A DNA stretch of 64,000 nucleotides from an uncultured delta proteobacterium (lineage in GTDB: Bacteria > Myxococcota_A > Polyangia > Fen-1088). The position numbers and the translations under genes are program-made. The notes beneath the pieces were generated by a model that saw only the letters and a program-made list of their open reading frames with translations, did no database searches and was not told where the DNA came from. The DNA lies in contig CAVYGB010000001.1 of NCBI GenBank assembly GCA_963767925.1, positions 192,001 through 256,000 of the forward strand, read 5' to 3'. How positions within the stretch are numbered: position 1 is the first letter of the stretch; every line of letters begins with the position of its first letter. This document shows positions 1 through 10,808 of this stretch, one piece after another.

Positions 1-434
1 GGATCTACTTCTTCCTCGACGGTGTGTTGACCCTGGTGGCGACGTTTCACGCCGCCCGCGACGGGCGGAGCTGGTGGCCGTACCTGCTGCAGGGGCTGCT
101 GGGGATCGGGGTGGGGCTGGTGGCCTTCATCCGTCCCGTGTCATTCGTCTTCGCCGTCACCATCCTGGTCGGCCTGCGGGCCATCCTCATGGCCGCGACC
201 GAGCTGGCCGCCGCCACCTACCTGCGGCGCGAGATGGGCGCCTCGTTCTGGCTGCTGGCCATCGGCAGCGTGGTGACCCTGCTGTTCGGCGTCTTCCTGC
301 TGGTGCGGCCGACCATCGGCGCCATGTCCCTGGTCTGGCTGTTCGGCATCCAGTGCCTCCTGTTCGGGTCGCTGCTGGTGGCCGCCGCCTTCGGCGCCCG
401 CGGCAGCGCCCGCCGCCTGGCCAGCGTAACTTAG
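1..434 (+). CDS. HdeD/DUF308 family membrane protein (5' partial)
   Basis: Repeated hydrophobic helices with WWPYLLQGLLGIGVGL and WLLAIGSVVTLLFG; the ORF is open to the window edge. Confidence 0.8.
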   Translation, partial: IYFFLDGVLTLVATFHAARDGRSWWPYLLQGLLGIGVGLVAFIRPVSFVFAVTILVGLRAILMAATELAAATYLRREMGASFWLLAIGSVVTLLFGVFLLVRPTIGAMSLVWLFGIQCLLFGSLLVAAAFGARGSARRLASVT

Positions 435-528
435 GAGCTCCCTGCCGAGGGATGGCCGGGTTCCCTTGCAGCGCGGGCCCGGCCAGGCGGAACGCCGTAG
501 TAAAGTGGCCTCCGAAACCGGAGGTCCC

Positions 529-831
529 ATGCTGGCAGGGCTGCTCGTCCTTCTCGGTTCTCTCGCCGCCCCGGCAGCGGCGCCCGGGCGCACGCTCGAC
601 AACTACTGGATCGACGCCGAGGGGGGCGCCTCCACCCTGCTGACGACCCACTACGTCTACCAGTCCCACCACGGGCTCGACCGCTCTCGACACCGACGAG
701 GCGATGATCGCCAACCTCGAGCCCACCGACACCTGTCAGGGCCACTTCATCAAGCTGTCGGTCGCCCGCGACGGCAAATACACCGTCACCAACGGCCGCA
801 CCGGCTTCAGCAAGACCTACGCTTCGCGGTG
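529..831 (+). pseudogene. Internally deleted ComEC/MBL-fold hydrolase remnant
   Basis: Signal peptide plus RTLDNYWIDAEGGASTLL (family N-terminus), joined almost directly in another frame to MIANLEPTDTCQGHFIKLSVARDGKYTVTNGRTGFSKTY (family C-terminus); the catalytic core is absent. Confidence 0.6.
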
Positions 832-977
832 AGCCTGTCGCCTCGGAGGCCACACCTGTGACCGGCGATGCCACGCACGCGCGCGCTGCCCGCCGGCGAT
901 CCGGGAGCCGAGGGTGTCTGGATGGCGGGGCCGGCGGGGCCGACGTGAGGCACGATCCTTGCCTCTCGGGCCCCGGT

Positions 978-3062
978 ATGTGGATCGCTCGCCGCTCGTG
1001 GACGCTCTCCTTTCAGCGGCCCGGGCCGGCCAGCTCCCCTCCGGCCGCGAGCGCGCCACGCGCGGCGACGAGGAGCGTAGGGACCGGGATCGGCGTGGTT
1101 GTCCCGGTCTTCGCGGTCTTCACGCTCCTGGCGCCCGCCTGCCGCTACGAACCGTTCGATCCCAGCACCCTGCCGGCGGCGCGCAACACCAGCTTCGTCG
1201 ACGGGGTCGACCCGGCCCGCTGTCCCGCCGTCGCCCCCCACGCGCCGAAGGCGGCGGGCGAGGCCTGCGCCTGCGACGTGCAGTGCGCGACCGGGACCTG
1301 TGCGGCGGGGATCTGCTGCGCGGGGGAGGCCTGCAGCGCCCTGCGCCCGCTCGGCATCGTCTGCCAGACCAGCGCCCAGTGCGCCTCGGGCTTCTGCGCC
1401 GACGGCGTCTGCTGCAACGTCGCCTGCAACGGCGCCTGCGTGGCCTGCAACCGCCCCGAGCAGATGGGCCAGTGTGTGCCCATCCCGGCCGGCAGCGAAG
1501 ATCGCCACGGCATCTGCCGGCGGGACCCGCCCGAGAGCTGCGGGCAGACCGGGACGTGCAACGGGCGCGGCGGCTGCGCCCGCTACCCGGCCAGCACGGA
1601 GTGCCGCCCCGCCGCCTGCGCGGGTAAGGGCGAGCTGCGCGCGGCCAGCCTGTGCGACGGGGAGGGAACCTGCGTCGACGGCGCCGCCGTGCCCTGCAGC
1701 CCCTCGACCTGCGAGGCGGGGACCTGCCGGGCGAGCTGCACGGCAGACGACACCTGCGCGCCACCTTTCAAGTGCACGGCCGGGAGCTGCGGCCCCCGCG
1801 GCCTGGGCCAGGACTGCAGCGCGGGCAGCGAGTGCGCCTCCGGCTTCTGCGCCGACGGCGTCTGCTGCGACAGCGCCTGCGGCTCCCCCTGCACCTTCTG
1901 CGCGACCGCCGACGCCCGCGGCCGCTGCCTGCCCACCCGGGTCGACCTGCCCGACCCTCGCGCCGCCCGCGGCGCGACCGACCCGGCCCGCACCTGCCCC
2001 GACGAGGGCGCCGCGAGCTGCGGCCGCAACGGCCGCTGCGACGGCCAGGGCGGCTGCCAGCGCTACCCCGAGGGGACCGTCTGCGCCGAGGCCCGCTGCG
2101 ACGGCGCCGCCAACCGCGAGACCCCCGCCGCCACCTGCGCCGCCGGCGCCTGCCGCCCGCCCGAATCGCGCGCCTGCACCCCCTACCAGGGCTGCAGCGG
2201 CACCCGCTGCCGCACCAGCTGCGGCGGCGACAGCCAGTGCGCAGCAGGCAACGTCTGCGTGGCCGGCGACTGCGGCAAGCGCCCGCTCGGCGCTGTCTGC
2301 ACTCGCGGCGGCGACTGCGGCAGCGGCGTCTGCGCCCAGGGCCGCTGCTGCGCCGGCGCCTGCACGGGGACCTGCCGCTCGTGCGCCCTGCCCGGCCAGG
2401 AGGGCACCTGCCGCGACGTCGCCGCCGGCGGCGCCGACCCCAGCGGCACCTGCCGCGACGACGCCTGCTCGAACGCCTGCGACGGCGCCGGCGGCTGCCG
2501 GCGCGAGCCAGCCGGCACCGCCTGCGGCCCCGCCCGCTGCGAGGCCGGCGCCGTCCGCCGCAGCCGCTGCAGCCCCGCCGGCGCCTGCGAGCCGGTCACC
2601 ACCCCTTGCGCCTCCGGCCAGGTGTGCATGGAGGCCCGCTGTGCCGCCCCTCCGCCGCCACCCCCTCCGCCGCCACCACCCCCCGCGCCGCCGCCCCCAC
2701 CTCCACCCGCGCCCGCGCCGCCCCCACCTCCGCCGCCGCCACCCCCGCCCCTGACGAAGTTCTTCGTCGACACCTTCGCCGCCGCCAACGGCTACCGCGA
2801 GCCGAACTGCCTGAAGATGAGCACCCCGTTCTGCAGCCCCGTCGGCCGCCTGCTCGCCCAGACCAACTACGTCTTCTGCAAGCGCTTCGGCGACGAGATG
2901 CGCGTCGGCGCCGACTTCAACCACTGGTGGCTCCTCACCGACCTCGACGTCGTCTTCCCCGGCGGCACCGGCCGCGCCTACGTCTCCGCCTACTACCTGA
3001 CCCGCTGGGGCAACGACGTAGCCAAAGACAACACCGGCCGCGAAATCCCCAACTGCCCGTGA
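978..3062 (+). CDS. Cys-rich repeat lipoprotein with polyproline linker and C-terminal SH3-like domain
   Basis: LLAPAC lipobox-like motif, repeated CASGFCADGVCC units, polyproline run at about 2647-2750, then a globular C-terminus; start uncertain. Confidence 0.75.
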   Translation: MWIARRSWTLSFQRPGPASSPPAASAPRAATRSVGTGIGVVVPVFAVFTLLAPACRYEPFDPSTLPAARNTSFVDGVDPARCPAVAPHAPKAAGEACACDVQCATGTCAAGICCAGEACSALRPLGIVCQTSAQCASGFCADGVCCNVACNGACVACNRPEQMGQCVPIPAGSEDRHGICRRDPPESCGQTGTCNGRGGCARYPASTECRPAACAGKGELRAASLCDGEGTCVDGAAVPCSPSTCEAGTCRASCTADDTCAPPFKCTAGSCGPRGLGQDCSAGSECASGFCADGVCCDSACGSPCTFCATADARGRCLPTRVDLPDPRAARGATDPARTCPDEGAASCGRNGRCDGQGGCQRYPEGTVCAEARCDGAANRETPAATCAAGACRPPESRACTPYQGCSGTRCRTSCGGDSQCAAGNVCVAGDCGKRPLGAVCTRGGDCGSGVCAQGRCCAGACTGTCRSCALPGQEGTCRDVAAGGADPSGTCRDDACSNACDGAGGCRREPAGTACGPARCEAGAVRRSRCSPAGACEPVTTPCASGQVCMEARCAAPPPPPPPPPPPPAPPPPPPPAPAPPPPPPPPPPPLTKFFVDTFAAANGYREPNCLKMSTPFCSPVGRLLAQTNYVFCKRFGDEMRVGADFNHWWLLTDLDVVFPGGTGRAYVSAYYLTRWGNDVAKDNTGREIPNCP

Positions 3063-3297
3063 CCGTCTCGACGATCCAACATCGTGTCTCCGTTCATTGG
3101 GTTCCGCAGCACCCCCGGTGCAAGTGCGGGGCCCGGCACCTCCGACCATACCCCCCTCCAGCGGGCGCTCGACCTCGGCGGCTCCAGCGCGACGAACCAG
3201 ATCCACGACATGCCTGTCGCGACGCCGTCGCTGGTTGCCGCGCGCTGGCGCCAACAACGCGCCGAGCGGTCCCATGCCATACTCTGCCGCCTCGAGC

Positions 3298-4398
3298 ATG
3301 CGAGAGACCTTCAGCTCCGTCTGCCGATCGCGCCGCCTTCGGCGCTGCGCAGGCCGCGGCATCGTCGCGCTGGTGATGGGACTTCTCCCGCCCGCTGCCC
3401 AGGCAGCGCCAGAGTCCCCGGGGACGCAGTGGACGCGCCAGTCGAGCGGGGTCACGGCCCGGCTCCGGGGGGTCAGCGCCGTGAGCGATCGCGTGGCCTG
3501 GGCCAGCGGGGCCTCCGGGACGATCTTGCGCACCGTCGACGGCGGGCGAACCTGGCAGAAGCGGACGATCCCCGGCACGGAGACCCTGGACTTCCGCGAC
3601 GTCGACGCCGTGGACGCGCGGACCGCCTACCTCCTCAGCATCGGCTCCGGCGAGGCGTCCCGCATCTACAAGACCACCGACGGCGGCGCCACCTGGGTGC
3701 TGCAGTTCCAGAACCGCGACCCGAAAGCCTTCTTCGACGCGATGGCCTTCTGGAACCCGGCCCGCGGCCTGGTCGTGGGCGACGCCGTCGACGGCCACTT
3801 CTCCGTCCTCCGCACCGAAGACGGCGGCCGCACCTGGGCGCCGGTCCCCGCGGCCGGTCTTCCGCCAGCCCTGCCCGGCGAAGCCGCCTTCGCCGCCAGC
3901 GGCACCAGCATCGCCGTCCGGGGGAGGCGCCATGCCTGGATCGGCACGGGTTCCGCCGCCTCGGCGCGTGTCCTCCGAACCGCGGACGGCGGGACCACCT
4001 GGGCCGTCTCGACGACCCCGATCCCGTCCGGTCCGACCGCGGGCATCTTCTCGATCGCGTTCCGCGACGCCCGCCACGGCCTCATCGTCGGAGGGGACTA
4101 CAAGAAGGAGACGCAGGCCCTCGCGAACGCCGCCCTCAGCCAGGACGGAGGCGCGACCTGGACGGTCGTCTCCCCACCCGGCCTGGCCGGCTTCCGCTCC
4201 GCCGCGACCTACGTCGAGGCCCCCGGCCCCCGGCGCGTCCTGGCCGTCGGGCCCTCCGGCGTGGACCAGTCCTCCGACGGCGGCCAGCGCTGGACCCCGC
4301 TGCCGCACCCGGGCTTCCACGCCGTCGCCTTCCCCCGCCACGGGACGGTTGGCTGGGCGGTCGGCGAGGGCGGCCTCATCGCACGAATCGCGCCCTGA
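3298..4398 (+). CDS. BNR/Asp-box repeat beta-propeller (Ycf48-like) secreted protein
   Basis: Multiple T-x-D-G-G-x-T-W Asp-box repeats, LDFRDV and FFDAMAFW motifs, signal peptide; start uncertain. Confidence 0.8.
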   Translation: MRETFSSVCRSRRLRRCAGRGIVALVMGLLPPAAQAAPESPGTQWTRQSSGVTARLRGVSAVSDRVAWASGASGTILRTVDGGRTWQKRTIPGTETLDFRDVDAVDARTAYLLSIGSGEASRIYKTTDGGATWVLQFQNRDPKAFFDAMAFWNPARGLVVGDAVDGHFSVLRTEDGGRTWAPVPAAGLPPALPGEAAFAASGTSIAVRGRRHAWIGTGSAASARVLRTADGGTTWAVSTTPIPSGPTAGIFSIAFRDARHGLIVGGDYKKETQALANAALSQDGGATWTVVSPPGLAGFRSAATYVEAPGPRRVLAVGPSGVDQSSDGGQRWTPLPHPGFHAVAFPRHGTVGWAVGEGGLIARIAP

Positions 4399-4456
4399 AA
4401 ATTCGAGACAGGTCACGCTCCCGCGGAAGCGTCCCACCGGATACGATACGGGCGCG

Positions 4457-6390
4457 ATGTCCGAGATCGAGGAGGCGAAGCGGGCGCTGGCCCAGGCCGA
4501 CGAGGCGTTCGGACGGGCCGACGTCGAGGCGGCCGTCGCCCATCTGTCCGCCGCCATCCGCCGCTTCACGGCCAGCGGTGACAAGCGGCAGGCAGCCATG
4601 TCCTGCGCCCGGCTCGGCGACACGTTTGCCAACTGGATGGGAAATCTGACCGCCAGCCGCGCCTGGTTCAGCCGGGCCCGGCGCCTGGTGGAGGACGAGC
4701 CGCCCTGCCTGGAACAGGGCTGGGTGGCGGTGGCCGCCATGGGCTGCGACGTCGATGACCCCGCCGAGCTCCTGGCCGCCGCCGAGCTGGCGCTGGATCG
4801 GGCGCGCCGGTTCGGAGACATCAACCTCGAGACAAAGGCCCTGGCGGACGCCGGGCTGGCCCACGTTCAGGCCGGCAGGATCGCCGCTGGCATGGCCCTG
4901 CTGGATGAGGCCATGGCCCTGGCCTGCGGACCGGCCGACGACGCCATGGCCGCCGGCAAGTCGGTCTGCTCCTTCTTCACGGCTTGCTACTACGCCACCG
5001 ACTTCGTGCGCGTGGCCTCCTGGACAGACCTGCTGCGGCAGCACGGGCTGATCGGTCTGGCGCCCGGGTCGATCGTGCTGTCGAACCACTGTGACAGCGT
5101 CCAGGCCACCTTGCTGATGGAGCTCGGACGCTGGGCCGAGGCCGAGGCGCTCCTGGTCCGGGCCAGGGTCGACTGCGAAGCCCTCATGGGCTCGTCGAGC
5201 TGGCATCCGGACATCGCCCTGGCCGATCTCCGCATCCGCCAGGAACGCCTCGCCGAGGCGGAGGCCTTGCTGCTGGGCAAGGACCAGGCCATGCAGGCCC
5301 TCCTGCCGGCCGCCCGCCTGCACCTGGCCCGCGGCGATCACCGGCTGGCCCGGGCGACCGCCCTGCGCGGCCTCCGCGCCGTTCGCCAGGACCGCTTGCG
5401 CGCCGTCGAGCTGCTGACCCTGCTTGTCGATGCCGGGCTCGCCGCGGGCGATCTGCCGGCGGCCACCGAGGCGTCGGCCAGGCTGCTGGCCTGCCTGGGG
5501 ATCTCCCCGTCGCCACGCTGCAAGCGCGGGCCGCGGCGGCGCGGGCCCGCGTGCTCATCGCCACCGGCGACTGCCCGGCAGCCGTGGCCCTCCTCGAGCA
5601 GGCCATCGACAAGCTCGACGCCCGCCAGCTCCAGTGGCTGCACGCGACCTTGCTGCTGGAGCTCGCCCGCGCCCGCCAGGGTGCCGGCGACCCAGTCGGC
5701 GCGACCCTCGACCTGACCAGCGCCGCAGCCGCGCTGGCCAAGCTGGACGTGGTGCTGGCGCCCGCCGACCGGGCCCTGCTGGAACGGCCGGACCCGCGCC
5801 CGCCCGAACCGCGCGCCGACCGGACCGCCGTGCTGGCGCGTGACGGAGGGTGGTGGGTCGCCACCTGCGCGGGCACCAGCGTCCGCCTCCAGAACAGCAA
5901 GGGGCTCGCCTACCTCGCCGAGCTGATCGCCCAACCCGGCAGCGAACGGCAGGTCCTGGACCTGGTCGACCGCGTCGAGGGCGTCGCCGGCGCCGGCGGC
6001 GTGGACCGGCGCACCCTGGGCGACGCCGGACCCGCGCTGGACGGCCGGGCCCGAGCCGCCTACCGCGACCGCATCGAGGAGCTGCGCTCGATCGCCACCG
6101 ACGCGATCGCGGACGGGCGCCTCGAAGCCGCCGAGGCCGCCCAGTCCGAGATCGACGCGCTGGCCGCCCAGCTCGCCAGCGCCTTCGGGCTGGGTGGCCG
6201 CGATCGGCGGGCCGCGTCGGCCGCCGAGCGCGCCCGCCTGAACGTCACCCGGGCCCTGCGCGCCTCGCTCGCCCGCCTCCGCGACGCGCTGCCCGCCGCC
6301 CAGGTCCTCGACCGGCGGGTGCGCACCGGCCTCTACTGCGCCTACGAACCCGCCCCCGACGACGAGACCCGCTGGGTCGTTCAGTCCTGA
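4457..6390 (+). CDS. TPR-containing putative transcriptional regulator, frameshifted near 5500-5550
   Basis: Helical TPR-like N-part in one frame; C-part with SKGLAYLAELIAQPG and AERARLNVTRALR typical of actinobacterial/myxobacterial regulators; one frame change. Confidence 0.65.
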
Positions 6391-6417
6391 TTGAACGGAA
6401 GCGGGCCCGATTGAACG
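6378..6417. promoter_or_regulatory. Putative operator: GATTGAACG direct repeats plus an inverted copy
   Basis: cgttcagtc (6378-6386), gattgaacg (6389-6397) and gattgaacg (6409-6417), immediately upstream of the MBL gene. Confidence 0.45.
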
Positions 6418-6427
6418 CCCTGGGGGT

Positions 6428-7165
6428 ATGAACGACACACGCGCGACAATCGACGAAATCGCCAAGGGCATCTACCGGATCTCGACCTTCGTCCCCGAGG
6501 TCACCCCCGACGGCTTCACCTTCAACCAGTTCCTGATCGCCGCCGACCAACCGCTGCTGTTCCACACCGGCCCCCGCGGCATGTTTCCCCTGGTCGCCGA
6601 AGCCGTCGCCAGGGTCCTCCCCGTCGAGTCCCTGCGCTGGATCAGCTTCGGCCACGTCGAGTCCGACGAGTGCGGCTCGATGAACATGTGGCTGGCCGCC
6701 GCCCCCAACAGCCGCGTCGCCTACGGCGCCCTCGGCTGCGACATCTCCCTCAACGACATGTGCGACCGCCCCCCCCGCCCCCTGGCCGAAGGCGAGGTGA
6801 TCGACCTGGGCGGCAAACGCATCCGCCAGATCTCCACCCCCCACGTCCCCCACGGCTGGGAAGCCCAGGTCCTCTACGAAGAGACCACCAGCACCCTCTT
6901 CTGCGGCGACCTCTTCAGCCAAGTCGGCGCCGCCCCCCCCCTCACCACCGCCGACGTCGTCGAACCCGCCCTCGCCGCCGAGCGCATGTTCCACGCCACC
7001 TGCCTCACCCCCAACACCGGCCGCATCCTGCGGTCATTGGGGGATCTGTCCCCCCACACCCTCGCGATCATGCACGGCCAGTCCTTCCAGGGCGACGGCA
7101 AGGCAGCGCTGTACCGCCTCGCCGCGGGATACGAGGGCCTTTCGACCCGCGCCGAAGCCGCGTAA
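6428..7165 (+). CDS. MBL-fold metallo-hydrolase (flavodiiron/FprA-like N-domain)
   Basis: FGHVESDECG, TPHVPHGWE and LFCGDLF metal-binding motifs. Confidence 0.85.
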   Translation: MNDTRATIDEIAKGIYRISTFVPEVTPDGFTFNQFLIAADQPLLFHTGPRGMFPLVAEAVARVLPVESLRWISFGHVESDECGSMNMWLAAAPNSRVAYGALGCDISLNDMCDRPPRPLAEGEVIDLGGKRIRQISTPHVPHGWEAQVLYEETTSTLFCGDLFSQVGAAPPLTTADVVEPALAAERMFHATCLTPNTGRILRSLGDLSPHTLAIMHGQSFQGDGKAALYRLAAGYEGLSTRAEAA

Positions 7166-7335
7166 CTACCGCTTCCTCATCGAGAGCCCCACCGACGTCC
7201 CGGAAGAGACGGTCTACTCCCAGTAGATTTCAAACGTGGGTAGAAGATGGTTGTGAGCCCCGACCGGAGGCTGTGGTTGCGTAGACCACCGCCCCCAGGA
7301 TCAGCCGTCAGCGGGCAACGCCCGACCCCGGTCGT

Positions 7336-7839
7336 TCACTGCAGCCACTGCCGGATGGCCTCGTGGGCCTGCTCCTTCTGGCGGTCGGGGGCCCCGTCCA
7401 GCAGATAGACCCGGCGCCCACCGCATTCGATGGACAGCCTCACGAAAACTCTCTGCCACTGATGCCACTGCGGCAGCAGGCCTACCTCCCAGGCCCGCCC
7501 GCGCAGCAGCGCCAAGCGCACGTTCCGTAGGGGAGCTTCGGCGATAGCCGTTCCGCCGTCGCCTCCGGATACGATCCGGGCGGTCGTGCGGCTCAGCTCG
7601 ATCCTATGACTTTGAAGCGCGAGCCGGACGCCGATCCGACCGACCCAGGCTCCCAGCGCGAGCGCCGGCACCGCAATAGCCAGCGACTGCCCACTCCCCC
7701 GCGTCGAGGCAGACACCAAGCACAGCCCGCCCAGCACGACCAGCAGCCCGCCGAGGAGCAGCGGAAACCCCGACACCCCGTTGAAACCGCCGCGCCCTGT
7801 CTCGATGACCAAGCTGTCTGCAGACCGCGCGATCTTCAC
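7336..7839 (-). CDS. Two-TM hypothetical membrane protein (candidate immunity protein)
   Basis: Two hydrophobic helices, then a soluble domain; directly downstream of the 7895-8587 gene. Confidence 0.5.
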   Translation of the reverse strand: MKIARSADSLVIETGRGGFNGVSGFPLLLGGLLVVLGGLCLVSASTRGSGQSLAIAVPALALGAWVGRIGVRLALQSHRIELSRTTARIVSGGDGGTAIAEAPLRNVRLALLRGRAWEVGLLPQWHQWQRVFVRLSIECGGRRVYLLDGAPDRQKEQAHEAIRQWLQ

Positions 7840-7894
7840 TGCCTACGCCACTTTCGATGCATATTCGCCAAGATCCGAGCCCATCGCGCGAGCT

Positions 7895-8587
7895 TCAACG
7901 GCCCGGCACCAGAAGCTTACCATTCACGAACACCAACCTCGGCTCGACGAGGGGGATGACCGTCTGGGTGTTCGCCTGCGCCCAAGCGCCGACTCCAATT
8001 CCCATCCCGATTCCGAGCCCGCTTTCCATCTGACCGGGCTGGCCCTCGACCGCGACAGGCCCGGCCGCGATCGCAAGACCGCCAGAATTCTGCCAGGTTT
8101 CGTGGTTGCCGTGGATGGTCCCGGCGTTCGAGACGGAGGCATTCACGCCGACACCAACGTTAACGCCCCATCCCGCCAGGGCCGAAGCCCCGAGCGAAAT
8201 CCCAAAACCACCGAAGCGATCCCACACCAGCCCCACCGAGCCGGTGGCGCCACCACCGAAGCCGAACGGGCTCAGGGGCACGGCCACGCTGCCTTCGATC
8301 GCAATCCCCGCCACCGGCTGACCGTTGGCCTGATGGTAGCCCTCCGACGGCGAAGTCAAGAGCTTCGGGGGTTGCAGGTGGGCAGGGATGCGGGCGTCCA
8401 GCGAAAGGGATGGCTCGGAGGGCAGGTCGACTCCATCCGTGCCGGCAGCGGCAGTCGCTTCGACGTTACTCCGTTCGACGTGGCCGTCCGGCGAGATCCA
8501 ATCGCCGCGCTGCTCGATGGCGTTGAGCGCGTCGCTGCTGAGTTGGTCACTTTCACGGCACACGGGTGCGTTGCTGTTCGTCCGCAT
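7895..8587 (-). CDS. Hypothetical protein with Gly-rich polymorphic-toxin-like C-terminus
   Basis: GGAGA RBS before the ATG at 8587; GATGSVGLVWDRFGGFGISLGASALAGWGVNVGVGV resembles RHS C-terminal tips. Confidence 0.5.
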   Translation of the reverse strand: MRTNSNAPVCRESDQLSSDALNAIEQRGDWISPDGHVERSNVEATAAAGTDGVDLPSEPSLSLDARIPAHLQPPKLLTSPSEGYHQANGQPVAGIAIEGSVAVPLSPFGFGGGATGSVGLVWDRFGGFGISLGASALAGWGVNVGVGVNASVSNAGTIHGNHETWQNSGGLAIAAGPVAVEGQPGQMESGLGIGMGIGVGAWAQANTQTVIPLVEPRLVFVNGKLLVPGR

Positions 8588-9439
8588 GGATTCTCCCTGG
8601 AGGGCGCTCGGGTCATCGGATCGACCTGTCGCGGAGTTGCGCGTCCGCTGTGGATTTTCCCGTCTGCGCGAGGGGGGAGTGCGCAGGTTGTCGATCAGGG
8701 CCTTGTGATGGCGGCTCCGTCCCCGGCACGGGCGCTCGGCTCCATGCGGGCAGGGGCACTGCAGCCAATCCGGAGGAGCTCCAGCCGGGTGGTGGTCGTA
8801 CACAGGCGCTTGATCGAGCGCACGAATCCCAGCGGAGGAGCTTCCAAGCTGATCCAGCACTCCCACGCGTCCCCCTGCAGTTGGCGTCGGTAGCCCTTCG
8901 CCGTCAGGCTACGGCCGCCCACCTGGATGCGCTCGGTACCGACCCCGCCTTCGCGGCCAGGAAGTCGCCAAACAGCGGCCCCTCCGGCAGCAGCGCCGGA
9001 TTGGCTGCCCGTCACCCACCTGCAACTCGAGCGAGCGACCGGCTTCCGTTGCACCGGCCTCGCGAGGAACGAGAAGCAAAACAAGGCCGGCTGCCGAAAC
9101 GCAGGGCTCTGCACCGACACCCCCAGCACCCGGCCTTCGCCTGCATCGCCGACAAGGGCGAACCGATGAACGTCCTCTCCCGTGGGCCCTCATGCCGGTA
9201 CTCCGCCCGCGCCGAGGGCGACCTGCCGGAGGTCGATGGCAGGTCGCGTGGAGGGGACCAGGGGCAGGTATTGCCCCCGCGGCCCCGAAGGCAGCAGCGA
9301 CAACGCCACGGCTACCAGCACCACGGCCGGGCCCGGGGCCCCGCGCCGCGGCTCTAGCCCAGTCCTCAATGTTTTCCACGCTCCGGCTCGCTACGCAGGC
9401 GGCCGGGGCCTGTCGAGTCTGGTCGCCCCAAGTCGGCGG

Positions 9440-10059
9440 TGGCGCCACCCAGGCTGTCCTCTTGCGGCTGGAAGGCATCCCATCTCTGGACTGCCGCCTT
9501 CCGTACGGAAGCGGCCTGCGTCGGATGGAGGCGTCGGAACTGCGGGTGAAGGATCTCGACCAGGTGCGAGGTCCACCTTCGGGACGGAAGTGTCGCAGGG
9601 ATAGACGCACCATGCTTCCCCAGACCTGCGCTGGCCGCCGTGCCCACCTGGACGCAATTCGCGAGATCCATCGCGTCGATCTGCTCAAAGGCGCCGGCCG
9701 GGTCGCCCTGCCACCTGGCCGGCGGACGAAATATGGCCGCGCTCCCGCCGAGTGGCGCTGGAATGGTATTCCCCACCGCCCGTCACGACCGCGACGCCCG
9801 GACAGTCGAGGCCCGTCGTCACCACGTCTACCTTGATCCAGCGGGCTGTGCGAGAGGCTGTCCGAAGGCGATATCGCTAAGCCCGTCACCCCAACGCGTT
9901 TTGCTACAGCCTCCGCCACCCGCTGCTTTAGGACGGCCACGACCTCCGTACCATCCAGGAAATCCTTGGCCACAAGGATGTCGCGACTACCATGATCTAC
10001 ACCCACGTTACAAAGCGCGGCTCGCCGGCGTCCGCAGCCCTCTCGACTGCTGGCCTGAA
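9440..10059 (+). pseudogene. intI: Integron integrase remnant (multiple frameshifts, 5' truncated)
   Basis: YGSGLRRMEASELRVKDLD (box I), RDRRTMLP, integron-specific insert DLLKGAGRVALP..KY.RAPAEWRW, RRHH, TMIYTHV (catalytic Tyr) and GVRSPLD terminus, spread across frames. Confidence 0.85.
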
Positions 10060-10205
10060 TCCGCAGTTCGCCACATCGCGGCCACTCCTGCCTTCCCGCT
10101 CTTTTCGGAGAGCTATTCATCGCCGTCGCCCCGGAAATGCGATCGTCTCGCGAACGGTGGCCGATGCTGATTCAAGGTCATGCCGACAGAAGAAATGGAT
10201 GGACG

Positions 10206-10706
10206 ATGACCGCACCGTACGAGACTCCGCCAGATGCCCTCGATCGCGAACTCGTCTTCGAGTTCGTCTGGCGCTTCTCGGTTTTCGAGTGTGCTCTTAA
10301 GCGCGAAGGCTTTCTACAACGAGTCGAAGGTGGCCGAGACGCTGCTCTGCCGGACTGGGACAGCTTTGCGAAATCAATCGTGGGCCGTTTCTCACGGGTG
10401 CGCGTGGACGGTTTTGAGGAAGCCAAGAAGTTCCTGGCCGCCCACCCTCCGCAGCAACAGGTCGTGTGCGACAATCAGCTGGCGTGGAAGCCCCTTGAGC
10501 AGAAGTCGGGAGAATCCCACGAGGTCTTTGTCATTCGATTAATCAAGACCGCGAGGAACAATCTGTTCCACGGTGGGAAGTATCCCGACGGTCCGATTGC
10601 CGAAGTCGCCCGCGACACATCCATTCTGCGAGCGGCGCTCAAGGTCCTTGAGGGGTGCTACGAGTTGCACTCCGGGATTGCTCGTCGGGTGAAAGAGGCA
10701 GCATGA
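10206..10706 (+). CDS. HEPN-like domain protein, gene cassette
   Basis: RNNLFH (RxxxxH) motif, N-terminal FSVFECALK, lower GC, stop codon overlapping an attC-like site. Confidence 0.65.
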   Translation: MTAPYETPPDALDRELVFEFVWRFSVFECALKREGFLQRVEGGRDAALPDWDSFAKSIVGRFSRVRVDGFEEAKKFLAAHPPQQQVVCDNQLAWKPLEQKSGESHEVFVIRLIKTARNNLFHGGKYPDGPIAEVARDTSILRAALKVLEGCYELHSGIARRVKEAA

Positions 10707-10782
10707 CATCGAATCGCAGCCGGCGATCATCCTCACTCGCTTCGCTCCGTCGGCTGCTCGCCGCGGAATTCCAGGACGCCTT
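10701..10782 (+). other. Degenerate attC site
   Basis: gcatgac (R''-like), gaatcgcagccggcga ... ctcgcttcgctc ... tcgccgcggaattc arms; R' is degraded. Confidence 0.6.
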
Positions 10783-10808
10783 GCGTTTACGATAGGAAAG
10801 GGGGAACG

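Noticed and set aside
8695..9430. Additional genes or attI upstream of intI
   Set aside because: Only short protein-like fragments; no identifiable family or attI
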